From: Eledone cirrhosa
Taxonomy: Eukaryota
Assembly: GCA_964016885.1 (NCBI GenBank)
Contig: OZ024743.1
Location: forward strand, 267,592,001-267,656,000
Reading direction: 5' to 3'
Length of the DNA stretch: 64,000 nucleotides
In this document: piece after piece, positions 40,544 to 54,390 of the stretch
Layout: each line of letters starts with the position of its first letter
Position numbering within the stretch: the stretch's first letter is position 1
Made by a program: the position numbers and the translations under genes
Notes under the pieces: generated by a model
The model's database searches: none
Told to the model about the DNA's origin: nothing
What the model saw: only the letters and a program-made list of their open reading frames with translations

Positions 40544-43500
40544 GGGGACCTACGTATGAAATCGTATTATCGTGAGCTCCGCAAAGGTTTGTTGTTTCAA
40601 ATTGCCAGTTATGGAAAGGTTTTGTTGTTAAGTGTTTATAAGTTCACATGTATTGCTTTCTGAAAAGGACACTAAAACATTTGAAGCTTTGAGCCCATAC
40701 TTAAACTTTTATAATTATCAAACAAAATTTTCTTTGAAAAAAACATGGACGGCTCTCAGCTACACAAAGTTGACAGCCTTCCTCACAAACTAACACCTGA
40801 CACCAACACCACCATTGTAAACATTATTACGTTTGCCAACACTAAATATATAAGCAGTGGCAATAATTTAAATTTGTCACATGCAGATATTCATTTCCCG
40901 CCATTACCAATAACTGCAGGTGTTAAAGCCGCCACCCACACCACCACCACAGCGACAACAGAAACAACAAAAAATACATTATTATCTCGTGACATCGAAA
41001 TGGATTCACCCAGAATCGACTCTTCCACGCCGAACACCACTGCCGCCACCACCACCACCAACACCTACACCACACCTGAAACTAAATATAACAATAAAAA
41101 AAATAACAATAACAACAACAGTAACAACAACAACATAAACACCAGCGCGAAACAAAATGTGTCGTTTGCCAAAGCAGCCAAGAAAAGCGAAACAATCGAT
41201 GTAAGCCAGGATGAATTAAATGAAGCCAAGAGAATGGTAAAAAGAGATGGGTACAGGGTCAGCCTCACACCCACCCATCTAATAAAATGGAGCATCGGTG
41301 CCTATGCACCGTGTCATATCGGACGATAAACACAAAATCACGCCGAGTGGTATGGGCATCCGAGTCCCAGATAGAAAAAGCTTTGGGTCATATGTGGGCG
41401 AAAAAAACCCACATCAGACGTGGGCAGAAATATGGAACCGTGGACGTGTTCATTGGAACACCACAGGAAGCCAGAGAGCACTCCATGGCCATAATTAAGA
41501 TGTGACAAATTCACACTCGTCCCAAGCTATTGTAATCAGAGACTCGTGAAGATCAGGGATACCTAGGCTCTGCCGGCCATCGAAATCCCTGGCTAATGGA
41601 TGCTGTCCTCGCCGGCATCGAGGTCAACTCGAAAATAATTGAGGTAACAAAAGAAAAGCAGGAGAACTGGTCCGGATCTGGGATGGAGCTCCTGATCCAA
41701 GCGGACCAAAAAAACATTGAGGAAAGGTGATAGACGTCAAATGTGTCGGCAGCCACCTCACCGTAATCGTTGAGGGTAGAAGGCCTAGGTGTGTCGTTTG
41801 TGGCGAAGGAACCCACCTAAAGGCTTTCTGCCCTCAGGCTAAAAGGTTGAAGCCACCTCTTCTACTCTCCCCAGTGACTCAACCATCAAAACCACCAACA
41901 GCAGAAATGGCAGCAAAAACTGTAGCAGCAACAATAGAAGCAACTGTAGCAGCCACAACCCCAGCAACAGTAGCAAAACCAACACCACCACAACCCAGCG
42001 TGCCAGAATTAGCGCCAGCCCCTCTAGATTCCACCACGCCACATTCAAAACCAACGTCTGTGGAGGATTTTCCACTCCACGACCTATCCCAACTGGAGAC
42101 AGATTGTGACGATGAGGAGCAGTGGGAAATGGTATCAGGAAAAAAGAAAGAGAAAACAGAACCCCCAAAAGAAAAAAATCACCTTCCTTCGACCTCCAAA
42201 AACAAAATGCAGGAGGAAACAAATAAGCAAACAAACAAAAATGTTAAGACAGCTATGCCACCACCCACCCCAGCATTACCAGCCCCATCACTACGAACAC
42301 CAACACCATCATTAACACCACAACCACCATCACCAACACCACAAAAGTCACAAAAAAGCGAAACAGAAACAAACCCACAACAAACGCAAACAAAACAAAA
42401 CAGCCAAAACGATACACACTACACAGCATTCAAATTGAACAGCAACCAATTATTACACTACATCCAACACAACACCAGCATCAGAGAAACAGATTACACA
42501 ACACCCCAAAAATTCACAACAGTTCCACATATACAAATCACTCGCATCACACAGAAAACGTACACTACACAAAAACAAATATTCCCCAAGCTCATCGGAG
42601 ACATCCGACAAACACTCTCCAGGAGGATTTATAAGGACATCCTTCCGGAGGAGGCCACAGCTTGTGAGAAGGATGGAGAAACCATCCTTCCTCTACGAGA
42701 AGTAAGGTTAGTGGTCTTTCCCATCTTTTTCCACTCCTTTTCAACATGACCTCACTCAGAATAGGCACATAAATGCGCATGTCATGGGGTCGTGATGGAA
42801 GCAGAGCCACCGGCTCAACGACCTCAGGTCACTAAATATAGATGTGGTGGCCATCAGTGAGACCAGAATCGCCGAAGTACGAGCCTTCGCACCGATCTTC
42901 GGCGTCTACGATGTGTACGAATCTCCCAGCCATCCTTGATCGGGGTGAGGATTTGCAGTGCTTTTTCGGAGAGGTTAGGATCTCGCCATACGGGACATCT
43001 TCCTGGATCCATAAGGTAAGTTGGTGGTGCTGGAAGTGACCAGCGAAGACGGGAAAGCTTTCAGGCTAGTGGCCGTCTATGCCCCGAGAGGAGCATGGCG
43101 GCCTGATTTCTTTCGACGTCTGGTGACCTTCCTTGGAATGTCCCGCTCTTTACTGTTTGTGGGCGAGTGGAACGGGATATGAGATACACGCTGGGACTGT
43201 GTGGGATTAGCCGATAGGGGAGGAGGGTGTAAAAGCCTCGAAAACATGCTCAGACGGTTTCAACTCTCTGACAGGTACCGTCTGGATTTCCCGAATGTGC
43301 CAATGTGGGGATGGAAAAATCGCATCGGGTCATCCAGATCATATCTAGATAGGGTATTTTGTAGGGAAATAGAGAGGGTTGGCATAGGATATACACATTT
43401 AAAAAAAGTCGACTAAACGGACCACAAATTCGTGATCTGTGAGGTTAACTTAGATAGGCTTCATAGACAGGGACCCGGCTACTGGAAGCCAAACGCGTCA

Positions 43501-44490
43501 TTAACAGCGCGCAAGGCCTACAGAGACCGGAATAGCGAATTAGTTAAGCCGGCGTGACGGGGGCCATCATCAACAACAAATGGTGGTTTGCTCTGAAAAG
43601 AGCGATTAGAATAATTTGGTTTAGTAAGGCTTTAGCAATAGAGAAAAATAGAGAAGAGGGAGATCTAGTTAGAAAATTAGACGAGGCGCTTAGTAAAGGC
43701 ATCGCGACCGACGTACTCGCGGCGAAATTGGCCCTTGAACAATTCTTCAATGAAAAGCACGAAGGCTGCGTTGTCAGAGCTAGGGTGCATGTTCTCAGAC
43801 ATGAGGGGATGAAAGCCGTTCAATGGGCCCGAGTGGCGGAAGCGTGTCGTGACTACAAAGCCACGATTCGGTCTTTGGTGGACCACTACGGGCGCATGCT
43901 ACTTGATCCCGGGCAAATGTGTGCAGCTTTTCAGCGACACTTCGCTCAGCTGTTCGGTGGCAGCAGACCGCCGAATCGAGGGATGGACTTTAGTGTCTAC
44001 CTCGACGAACTAGCGCAGTTCTCGCCTCTTGAAGCGGTGTGTTGCGAAATGCCGATAACAGCAGCTGAAATACGGGAGGCAATGACTGGTTGCACAAGGG
44101 TAAATCACTTGGTTTGGTTGGTCTGCCCTATGAACAAGGGGGATAACATAGATAATTTCAGGCCCATAACTCTGCTAAACACAGAGTTCAAGATTTTGGC
44201 CAATGTGCTAGCAAAGAGGTTGGTGCTTGTCGTTAGTGGTCTGGTCGGAGAGGCGCAGACATGCGCCATTCCAGACAAACCCACGCCAATACCACTCGAT
44301 GCGATAGATCGTGGAGAGTGTAGCTAGGGAACCTTGCATGGGTGGGTCCTTGATCAATTTAGATCAGGCAAAAGCTTTCGATAGGGTTTTTTGGGGTTTT
44401 TTTTTTACACGTAGAAATGCCCATTTGCACCGTCGTGTATTGTCCTTAATATCTTACTTTGTGTAAACACTTTTGGTTAATAAAGAACGA
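40543..44490 (+). mobile_element. Decayed Tx1/L1-type LINE (ORF1, APE, partial RT, internal deletion, 3' tail)
   Basis: Starts directly after (ATT)n; CCHC knuckle; APE motifs VVAISETR, LVAVYAP, SYLDRVF, TDHK; NFRPITLLN; jumps to the 3' UTR at ~44388 and ends in ATT repeats. Confidence 0.85.
40745..42749 (+). pseudogene. LINE ORF1 (gag-like), disrupted
   Basis: SFAKAAK motif, CVVCGEGTHLKAFC zinc knuckle, Pro/Thr-rich tail; broken into several ORFs. Confidence 0.7.
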
Positions 44491-44525
44491 ATTATTAGTA
44501 TTATTATTATTATTATGATTATTGT

Positions 44526-44830
44526 CTCGAGAGTCAATACGTACAAGAGGGACGAGAGGGAACATCCTTGGCGGACCGAGTGCATGATGTTGAACGGTTC
44601 CGAAAAGTGACCGTTCACTCTCACCACAGAGCAGGTGTCGCTGTGCATGGCAGCGATTCAGCCTCGGAAAACGGGCCCAAAGCCAGCCGTCCCAGGACTG
44701 CCGCCAGTAACGATGGTCGACCCTATCGAAAGCTTTCGACTGATCTAAATTGATCAAGGAGCCTGCCGTGCCAGGTTCCCTAGCTACGCTCTCCACGATG
44801 TATCGCATGAGATGGATGTTGTCGTGGATG
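44526..44830 (-). mobile_element. Inverted duplicate of the Tx1 RT segment
   Basis: SIHDNIHLMRYIVE..LINLDQSKAFDRVDH on the minus strand mirrors 44865-45170. Confidence 0.9.
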
Positions 44831-44832
44831 GA

Positions 44833-46755
44833 TGTGTCCAGACATGCGCCATTCCAGACAGCTCTATCCACGACAACCTCCATCTCATGCGTTACATCGT
44901 GGAGAGGGTAGCTAGGGAACCTGGCACGGGTGGGTCCTTGATCAATTTAGATCAGTCGAAAGCTTTCGATTGGGTCGACCATCGTTATCTGGCGGCAGAC
45001 CTGAGGGCGGCTGGCTTGGGGCCCATATTCAGAGGCTGGTTCGCTGCCATACACAGTGATATATGCTCCGTCTTGAGAGTGAACGGGTACCTTTCGGAAC
45101 CATTTTACATCATGTTCTCGGTCCGCCAAGGATGTCTCTTCTCGTCTCTCTTGTACGTATTGAATCTCGAACCATTACTGCACAAACTGGAGACGTCGAG
45201 AGTTGTCCCGCGCGAACTAGGATGCGGAAGATCCGTGTCAGCATATGCGGACGATGTCACCGTAGTGATGTCGAACGCCAAACAAATCGCGCGATCGGCA
45301 CTACACTAAGAGAAAACGAAGCGGTGAAAGGACCAATGATCAACCAGAAAAAGTCAGTGGGCCTGCAGCTCGTCACCTGGAGAGACAGGTCCATGCCGTC
45401 CAACAGCGTCGTCCGGCGCTGGGCCGACCGGTTAAATTGCTAGGGGTCTGGTTCGGTCCGGACCTCCAGACGGACATAAACTGGGACGAGGTGACGAACA
45501 GGGTGGCTTCTCTCACCCAGAAATGGGCGGAGAGGAAGCTATCCCTGAAAGGTTGTGCGGAGGTGGCTAACGCGTACATCGCGTCCGTCATCTACTACCG
45601 CCTGACCGTCGTACCTTGTCCTCAGCCCCGCCTAACTGCGCTGGAGCGTTTGCTCTTTCGCTTTTTGTGGAAGGGACGCGCTCCGATGGTTAGGCGGTCC
45701 ATTTTCTGTCAATACCCTCTACGTGGAGGGCTGGGAATGCCGTGGCTGATGATGCGCAGACACGCGCTCAGGCTACGACATCTCCACCTCTTCCTCGACG
45801 GTGATCAGGTGTGGTCGCCGTTTGCTAGACGCGTCTTTCCCCTGCTCGTTTCCTTGACGGAGCTGCAGTCCTGGGCCAAGCGAAGACCGAGAGGGAGCGC
45901 TTGGAGACTGGAATGTCTTCAGGCGCTGACAGCCTTCGACCAATCAAGCAATGTGATCGGTGGAAACTCCACCTTGGCGTTCTATAGAGGATTAGCGGAG
46001 GGGAAGAGCGACGACGTACTTGGAGAATCTCTAGGCGTCGACGAAAATCAACTAGCCAATCTCTTCGGAAGAACTTTCGTGCCGGGGCCTATGGACAACT
46101 TCCATAAATCCCTGGCCTGGCAGTGCTACCGAGGAGCTTTGCCAGTTCGGGATAAACTCTACAGGCATGAAGTGCCGTCAGCCGGGCATGTCCGAGATGC
46201 GCACAGAGCGACGAAACCGTCCTGCACGCACTCGTCTAGTGTCCGAGCATTGTTAACTTGTGTGTTTATGTCGAACACCTGCTGTCACGTGTAGGACGGA
46301 TCCAGCTATCAGCTGACTCTATCGTGAGGATTCCCCGCCCTCTTCCTTTAGCCGGGAAGGGCAGGCATTTTTTATCTGTCTGGTGGCCATGGCGAAAATA
46401 TAGTATGGGAAGTGCTTTCTTCCCACAATTTTGTTGAAAGATATGTGAGAGAAGCAAGTATGGCCCGAGTGAATGGGCCTACTCTGAGTATGTGTCTGTA
46501 AATTAAAGGTGGAAAACTGAGAGAGGGCACTTCCCCTGGTGGTTAGGGTCACTGTGGTCTTTTAATGGGCTTTCTCCACAAATGTCCCTCGGAAGTCTCC
46601 ACCCTATCTGTGGTATTTATCATTGTTATTTTTTTGTTACATCCTCTGTTTTTGTTTTTTTACACGCAGAAATGCCCATTTGTACCATACTGTATTGTCT
46701 TGTACTGTCCTTAATGTCTACTTTATGTAAACCTTTGTGGTTAATAAAGAAAGCA
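44833..46755 (+). mobile_element. 5'-truncated Tx1/L1-type LINE (RT to 3' end), frameshifted
   Basis: LINLDQSKAFD, SVRQGC, AYADDVTV, LGVWFG, GGLGMP, C-terminal CPRC..ETVLH..C; ends 'ttaataaagaaagc' followed by (ATT)n. Confidence 0.9.
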
Positions 46756-47090
46756 TTATTATTTTTATTATTATTATTATTATTATTATACAACTTGTTC
46801 TTTGATTCCGATAGAAGGAACCAAATTCAATGGCGAAAAAAAAAAGCTAAGAAAAAAATAAACATAGACTTATAAAACTATACCTGACATAGACACACGC
46901 ACACACACGACTATTGAATTGCAACACACATCACTTAACACAAGCACCCGCTCACAACTTTAAAACTGAAATATAGAACCATACTACACACCAGACACAA
47001 CAGTTTATAGAACTATATCCTCCCCCGCCACACACATACAAACAAACAAACATACATAAACACAGACATTCGAAACAGTACACTATAGAC

Positions 47091-47685
<595 letters not shown>

Positions 47686-47702
47686 TATAAATATGTATGT
47701 AA

Positions 47703-47796
<94 letters not shown>

Positions 47797-48329
47797 ATAT
47801 ATGTATATATGCATATACAGACATAAAGCTCTTGACTTTTGTCATGAGAGTTAAGACAAAAGAAGCCAGACAACAGTGAAAAGATAAATAAATAAAATAA
47901 ATAAAGAATAATGAAGGCAAAATTATCTAAAGATGTAGAATATTTCGATAGTTGCACCGATTTCATCAATTAAGATTCATTACATTATTAAATAATGTTA
48001 CAGGCTGCCAAGAAAATAAAGAACAATACAAAGACAAAGATAGTGTAACACAAAAGATAGTAGGGAAGATTTTTTAAAAAGAAAAATATTACAACAATAA
48101 CAACAACAACACTAATGATAATAATAGTAATAATACTAATGAAAATAATAATAATAATGATGGCCATTTAAAAAATAATTGTGTAGAAGAAAAACAAAAG
48201 GGAATCAAGAAAATCATAAAACAAAATAAGATTTAGAATCAAAACTGAGAAATACAAAAAGAGAAAAAAAAGCAGTATTTAAAATGAAATAACGAAATTG
48301 CTTGTAGTTATTTTTATTATTATTGTTGT

Positions 48330-48540
48330 GATTATTTTATCATTATTATTATAATTATCATTATTATTAACATTATTATTATTATTATTATGATGTTGAT
48401 GATGATGATGGTAATGACAACAATGATGATGGCGGTAATGCGCAAAGATAAGGGTGATGGTGCTGGTGGTGTTGAGAATGTTGTTGACGTTAACGATGAT
48501 GCTGAAAATGATGATGATGACAATGATGATGATGATGATG

Positions 48541-48603
<63 letters not shown>

Positions 48604-48777
48604 CTGACGATGATGATGATGATGATGATGGCGATGATGATGATGGTGAAAGTGAAGCGGAGAGAAAATATCGAAAATTTAGCAGCATCAGTAACAACAA
48701 TAACAACAACAACAACAAAAAGCAAGCACTACTACTACTACTACTACTACTAATACTACTACTACTACTACCACTAT

Positions 48778-48845
<68 letters not shown>

Positions 48846-49044
48846 TTACTACTACTACTACTACTACTACTTATTGTTAATAATAGAATGTAAAATGAGT
48901 ATAGGCTTCAGAAGAAGAAAAAAAACAAAAGAATGATGGTGTTGTTGCAGATGCTAACGATGATTATGGTTAATGACGACGACGACGATGGTGATAATGA
49001 TGAAAATGATAATGATGATGATGATAATGATAATGATGATGATA

Positions 49045-49089
<45 letters not shown>

Positions 49090-49146
49090 CTGATGATGAT
49101 GATGACGATGATAATAATGATGATGATAATGATGAAGATGATAATC

Positions 49147-49190
<44 letters not shown>

Positions 49191-49430
49191 AATGATGATA
49201 ATAATGAGGAAGATGTTGATGATGATGATGATGATGACGATGATGAAGTAATATTTTTAATCGGATTGATAATAATAAAGTAACAAATCTCCTTGGTTGA
49301 CGAGGAGAATGACGGCGGATTATGATGATGATGATGATGACAATGATGATGATTATGATGGCAACGATGATGATGATAATAATAATGATAAGGAAGATGG
49401 TAATGATAAATACGATGATTACAACGATTC
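48330..49430. repeat. (GAT)n/(CTA)n/(ATT)n trinucleotide tracts
   Basis: Direct reading. Confidence 0.95.
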
Positions 49431-50159
49431 CACGAGCGATTACAATGGAATGCAAATCAACATTAACACCAACAACAACGGTAACACCACCACCAACATC
49501 ACCAGCAACATCAATGTTGCTACGACGACGACAACTAACAACAACATCAGCAATATCTAAGCTACACTAGCAGCCAAAACAACAAAAACAACAAAAATAA
49601 CAAAAGCAAGAAAAACACAAAAACAACAATAACTAAAATAATAACAAAAATACAAGAAGAAAACATTAACAACAATGACAGAATTTATAACAATAGCAGC
49701 AACACGAAAATCAAATGTGACAACAACAAAAATAAATAGAAACAGCAAAAATCAACAACAAAACCTAAGACTAAGTAAACAATAAAGAACGAAGCAATCG
49801 TATTCTGATCAATTACGGTATTAAAAATATTGAAAAAATACACGTCGCACATCCACACTCAGAGACACAAACACACATGTACATACTCAAAGTGTAAAAC
49901 AAAATATCATCACACCATGCGTTTTATGTAACTAATGAGTGAGCAGTGTATAGGAAATAGTATGAATGTATATGTGTAGCTATATTATATATTAAATGTG
50001 TATATATGTATGGATGGAGTTGCGTACAGAAGAATAGAAATTTTGATTGAAGATTTAATTTAGCTTTCATTATATTTTTTGATAATTTTGAATTTAGAAT
50101 ATTATTGTTAATTTTCACAACAAATCTTATTCTTTTAAAATAATAAATTCTAACATAGG

Positions 50160-50505
50160 CAAATGGGGAGAAAAATAAGGATAGGTGGAGTAAGTCGATT
50201 AAATCCACCTCGGTACTTTATTCTATCGAACTCAGAAGAGTAAAACTTAGAATTATACTCGGCACATAGCATTATTCACTTATGATAATTGTTTCTAATT
50301 TCAGATATAAGGCCAGTAATTTGTAGGATGTGTAAAATCGTTTAAATTGTGCCCAGTAGATGATTGGTATATTTAAAGCATCGACTGGTATATTAAAAGG
50401 TATAGTTCACTGTGGCCTCAAGTAAAACTAGAACGTAGATATAGCCGCAACAAAATACTACATTGCAGTTCGTCCGACACATTAACGAATCTGCCCATCC
50501 ACCAG
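50160..50505 (-). mobile_element. Old degenerate SINE family A relics
   Basis: Partial matches such as 'ataattgtttcta..aaggccag', 'ggtactttattctatcga' and 'cgtccgacac..ctgcc..tccacc'. Confidence 0.55.
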
Positions 50506-51888
50506 CCAGTGTGTTTTTTTTTTCAAGAAAAATACTCGCTTATGTCCCGATAATAGTGCTTAGATGTTAAATAGTCTATTGATGTAAAAATGGCGTTGTT
50601 TTTGTCGTCGGAGTAATCTGATCTCAGAACTTAAGACCGGAAATATATTTTGTACGTTCATATTAGCCCCCTTACTAAAATGTTCATGCTGAGATATGTC
50701 TCTTACATTCGCAATAAAGAACATGTACAATTAATTACCTATAACCAAATACGCTTGTGGTGGGGCTAGGTAGACATGCATGTTATTGATTTCTAACATA
50801 AGCTTGAGATTTAAAGATTTATTGCAGGCAAAGACGATAAATTCTGGAGAGTGGAGGTCGAATAATTTGTTTTATCGAACCTGGAGAAAGATTAAATGCA
50901 AAATCAACCATATAGTTTAGAAAGTATTCATGATAAGTATTACAGTCAATTCAATTGACCTCAGAAATTATATAACCCAGCATTTTGAAAGTCAAGGTCG
51001 GAAAGGTGTATCAAATTGTATTAACATTTCAAAGAAAATTCTATTTGATTTGGAATTAAAAACAATTCCAGATAATCTTAGTATTTCAATGACAACCAAA
51101 CTTTTAATACCGATCTCAAGCTGCCATACTTTTTTAAATTTTAAATTAGCAAATAATCCAGATAATTGATAGAAAATTCAATAGATAAATAATCTATAAA
51201 AAATACTTAAAGATAATGAAGGAAAACTATATATAAACATAATGTTTGTCTATTGCGTGATTATCACTATTCACAGCTGTTACTGATACCTAAATGGCAA
51301 GAAATTACATTTCACTTTTAAGTGATATATACTTTCAAAATAGAAATTTTCTCAAGGTTTTGTAAAACTATTGTTTTTAGGTTTGTATCTCCTACCTCTA
51401 AGATAAAGCTTATAAATGACGGCTATATTGTCACCCTAATTATTTTGGAATGCCAGATATGAGTTCGATTCACACAGAGGACTCTGTCAAATTTTTGTAC
51501 CCTAAATAGAGATTAAAATGTCCAATTACTCGACTATTTCATGGCAGAATTTGCACTGTAGCAGCTTACAATAACCAAGTAAATATAAGTTTCATTATGT
51601 ATAAAAAAAAAATTTCGCTCTACATGGCTGAATACAATAAATGTAATCTGAGTTATTCAAATATTAATAATAACTTTATTCGATTCGTTTGCAATTATGC
51701 AATCAAGCCTCAGTTTTATAGCCATGTCATTATTAATATTCGAAAAACGCAGATTAGATTCAATATATATATGTATACATACACACCTCCCCCCATATAT
51801 ATATATATAGTGTAGGGAATTTCGTAAAAAGGTTTATGTCCGAAGTTAGCAGAGCACTCAGTCCAAGGGACTAGTTGAATATGCGCGT

Positions 51889-51944
51889 CGAATATGCGCG
51901 TTTCACTGGGAAAGTTGTTATTTCCTCAGCTCATCAGATTGTCG
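51889..51944 (-). ncRNA. Degenerate hammerhead-like motif
   Basis: Minus strand: caat CTGATGA gctgaggaaa-taacaac-tttcccagt GAAA cgcgca TA; stem I is poor. Confidence 0.45.
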
Positions 51945-52213
51945 TTAGAAATAAAATTCCGGTTGCCATACATGGGTTGAACATCCGCGCGGAGAAACGC
52001 GCATCCTTGAGTACTGTTTGCTAATTTGTTGTGGAAATAATTCTATAATAGAAAATACTCGTCCTACGGACTGAGTACTCAGCTTTCTATGGATACAACT
52101 TCTCGGATTTTACCACTATATATGGTGTTGCGACCGATATATAGTATTAGCAATTGGAAAGACCAACGGAAACATTGTTTCCTCGGTCCGATTTGACGAA
52201 AGTCGATCGATCC

Positions 52214-52247
<34 letters not shown>

Positions 52248-52295
52248 TGACGTAAAATAAGAAAATTATAAAATTAACTTACTTACTAAAATTTC

Positions 52296-52377
52296 ACTCC
52301 AACTAATTAGTTTCTGAAAGGGAATAAACATAGTTTCCGAAGAAACGTACGGAGAAGCCTTTCGTCATCAGGGAAGT
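52296..52377 (-). ncRNA. Type I hammerhead ribozyme, extended stem II
   Basis: Minus strand: acttcc CTGATGA c-gaaagg...cctttc-a GAAA ctaattag TT ggagt; palindromic stem-loop III. Confidence 0.75.
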
Positions 52378-52819
52378 CTATTCTCAGCTAAGTTTCCAGG
52401 CAATACGTGGACACTGGAAACTTATACAAAAATAATTCAGTGCATGGAAAAAAGCAAAGCGTGGACTAAATTCCAAGCCATTGAAAAAATCACTGCCTAC
52501 TGCGTCGGTGGCAAATTCAAAAGAATCAATCACGTGACATCGAGGTCAATCAGTGAAGAGTGGTTTGTTAAGAAGACAGCAGCCGGACCGTTACTATAGT
52601 AGCAGTTTTGGCCAATTTTTGCTCGACAAAATAATTTGGAGATAATTATAAAGAATTAGTATATCTAGTAACATATATATACACAGATGCATACTTATGC
52701 TAGCAAATATATAGGTTTTGTCTTAGTAACTTTGTGGTTCAATGCATGGGGATGCAGAACAATAATATGAGAGACGTAAAATAAGAAAATTATGAAATTA
52801 ACTTGCTTACTAAAATTTC

Positions 52820-52901
52820 ACTCCAACTAATTAGTTTGTGAAAGGGATTAAACATAGTTTCCGAAGAAACGTACGGAGAAGCCTTTTGTCATCAGGGAAG
52901 T
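52820..52901 (-). ncRNA. Second-copy hammerhead (G12C, probably inactive)
   Basis: As 52296-52377 but CAAA replaces GAAA. Confidence 0.6.
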
Positions 52902-53305
52902 CTATTCTCAGCTAAGTTTCCAGGCAATACGTGGACACTGGGAACTTATACAAAAATAATTCAGTGGATGGAAAAAAGCAAAGCGTGGACTAAATTCCAA
53001 GCCATTGAAAAAATCACTGCCTACTGCGTTGGTGGCAAATTCAAAAGAATCAATCACGTGACATCGAGGTCAATCAGTGAAGAGTGGTTTGTTAAGAAGA
53101 CAGCAGCCGGACCGTTACTCTAGAAGCAGTTTTGGCCAATTTTTGCTCGACAAAATAATTTGGAGATAATTATAAAGAATTAGTATATCTATTAACATAT
53201 ATATACACAGATGCATACTTATGCTAGCAAATATATAGGTTTTGTCTTAGTAACTTTGTGGTTCACATGGGGATGCAGAACAATAATATGAGAGACGTAA
53301 AATAA

Positions 53306-53403
<98 letters not shown>

Positions 53404-53419
53404 TTTACATATATGTATA

Positions 53420-53788
53420 CATACATATACATATACATTTTTGCAACTGGTCACTTTGTGGTTCAATGAAAAATTAATAAATTAAACAATCAGAGCTATA
53501 TATCATAAAACATGTCTATAGATTACGCTGTCGAAATATTCGATAAATATTCCGCTACGGCCGACGCGAAGCGCTAGTTTCGGTTATTTGTCAGAGATTT
53601 CTTCATAGAAGCCTCATTCTTATAGCCTGGTCTATTCGATTTTTTATATAGTTAATTATGCTAATTGGGAGAGGAAATAGTATATATTTTATCTTGTGAT
53701 TCTATTGACATGTTTTATGATATATAGCTCTGATTGTTTAATTTATTAATTTTACATTGAGACACAAAGTGACCAGTTGCAAAACACG

Positions 53789-53819
<31 letters not shown>

Positions 53820-54390
53820 ATATGTCAATTTTATATGTAATAATCTCCCATTAGCTTGAGATACAAATTTGGCTGTATTGTGCTGTGCTTTCTAGCAAAA
53901 ATGCCACCTGTCGTAAGCAACTACCACACCCCTTCCAACCTGACCGCGACTACGTCACGATTTTTAGCCATTTGGAAATGAATTCTTGGCGCGATCACTT
54001 TGGAAAATTTAGTGTCTAGATAAGAGCGAGCTTCCTGATGAATCCGGCGCTCGAGTTTATATAATTATTACATAATTATTGGAAAACTCAAAATACGGAC
54101 GAAACCTTGGTAGAGGTATTTAAACGTATTCTATTTTCTCCTAGTTTATTTTACACCTAATTCTGTTTAGTTGACTATATCTGGGCGATTACGCTGTCGA
54201 AATATTCGATAAATATTCCGCTACGGCCGACGCGAAGCGCTAGTTTCGGTTATTCATCGGAGATTTCTTCATAGAAGCCTCATTCTTATAGCCTGGTCTA
54301 TTCGATTTTTTATATAGTTAATTATGCTAATTGGGAGAGGAAATAGTATATATTTTATCTTGTGATTCTATAGACATGTTTTATGATATA
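53420..54390 (+). mobile_element. pLTR-like composite: inverted tail (53420-53522 versus 53700-53800) plus direct repeat (53521-53725 versus 54187-54390), with a hammerhead
   Basis: Repeats read directly; flanked by TA runs. Confidence 0.75.
54030..54117 (+). ncRNA. Type I hammerhead ribozyme, extended stem II
   Basis: gcttc CTGATGA a-tccg..gagttt..ataattat-tac-ataattat..aaactc..cgga-c GAAA cc-tt-gg TA gaggt. Confidence 0.7.

Larger units (their letters stand above)
52245..53313 (-). mobile_element. Head-to-tail tandem of a ~522-bp hammerhead-containing unit (2 copies plus a stub), retrozyme- or pLTR-like
   Basis: 'cgtaaaataagaaaatta' at 52251, 52775 and 53296; copies are highly similar; (TA)n at both ends. 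Confidence 0.85.

Noticed and set aside
53570-53600. Minus-strand CTGACAA/CCGATGA-ataacc-GAAA in the direct repeats
   Set aside because: No stem II and no stem I partner
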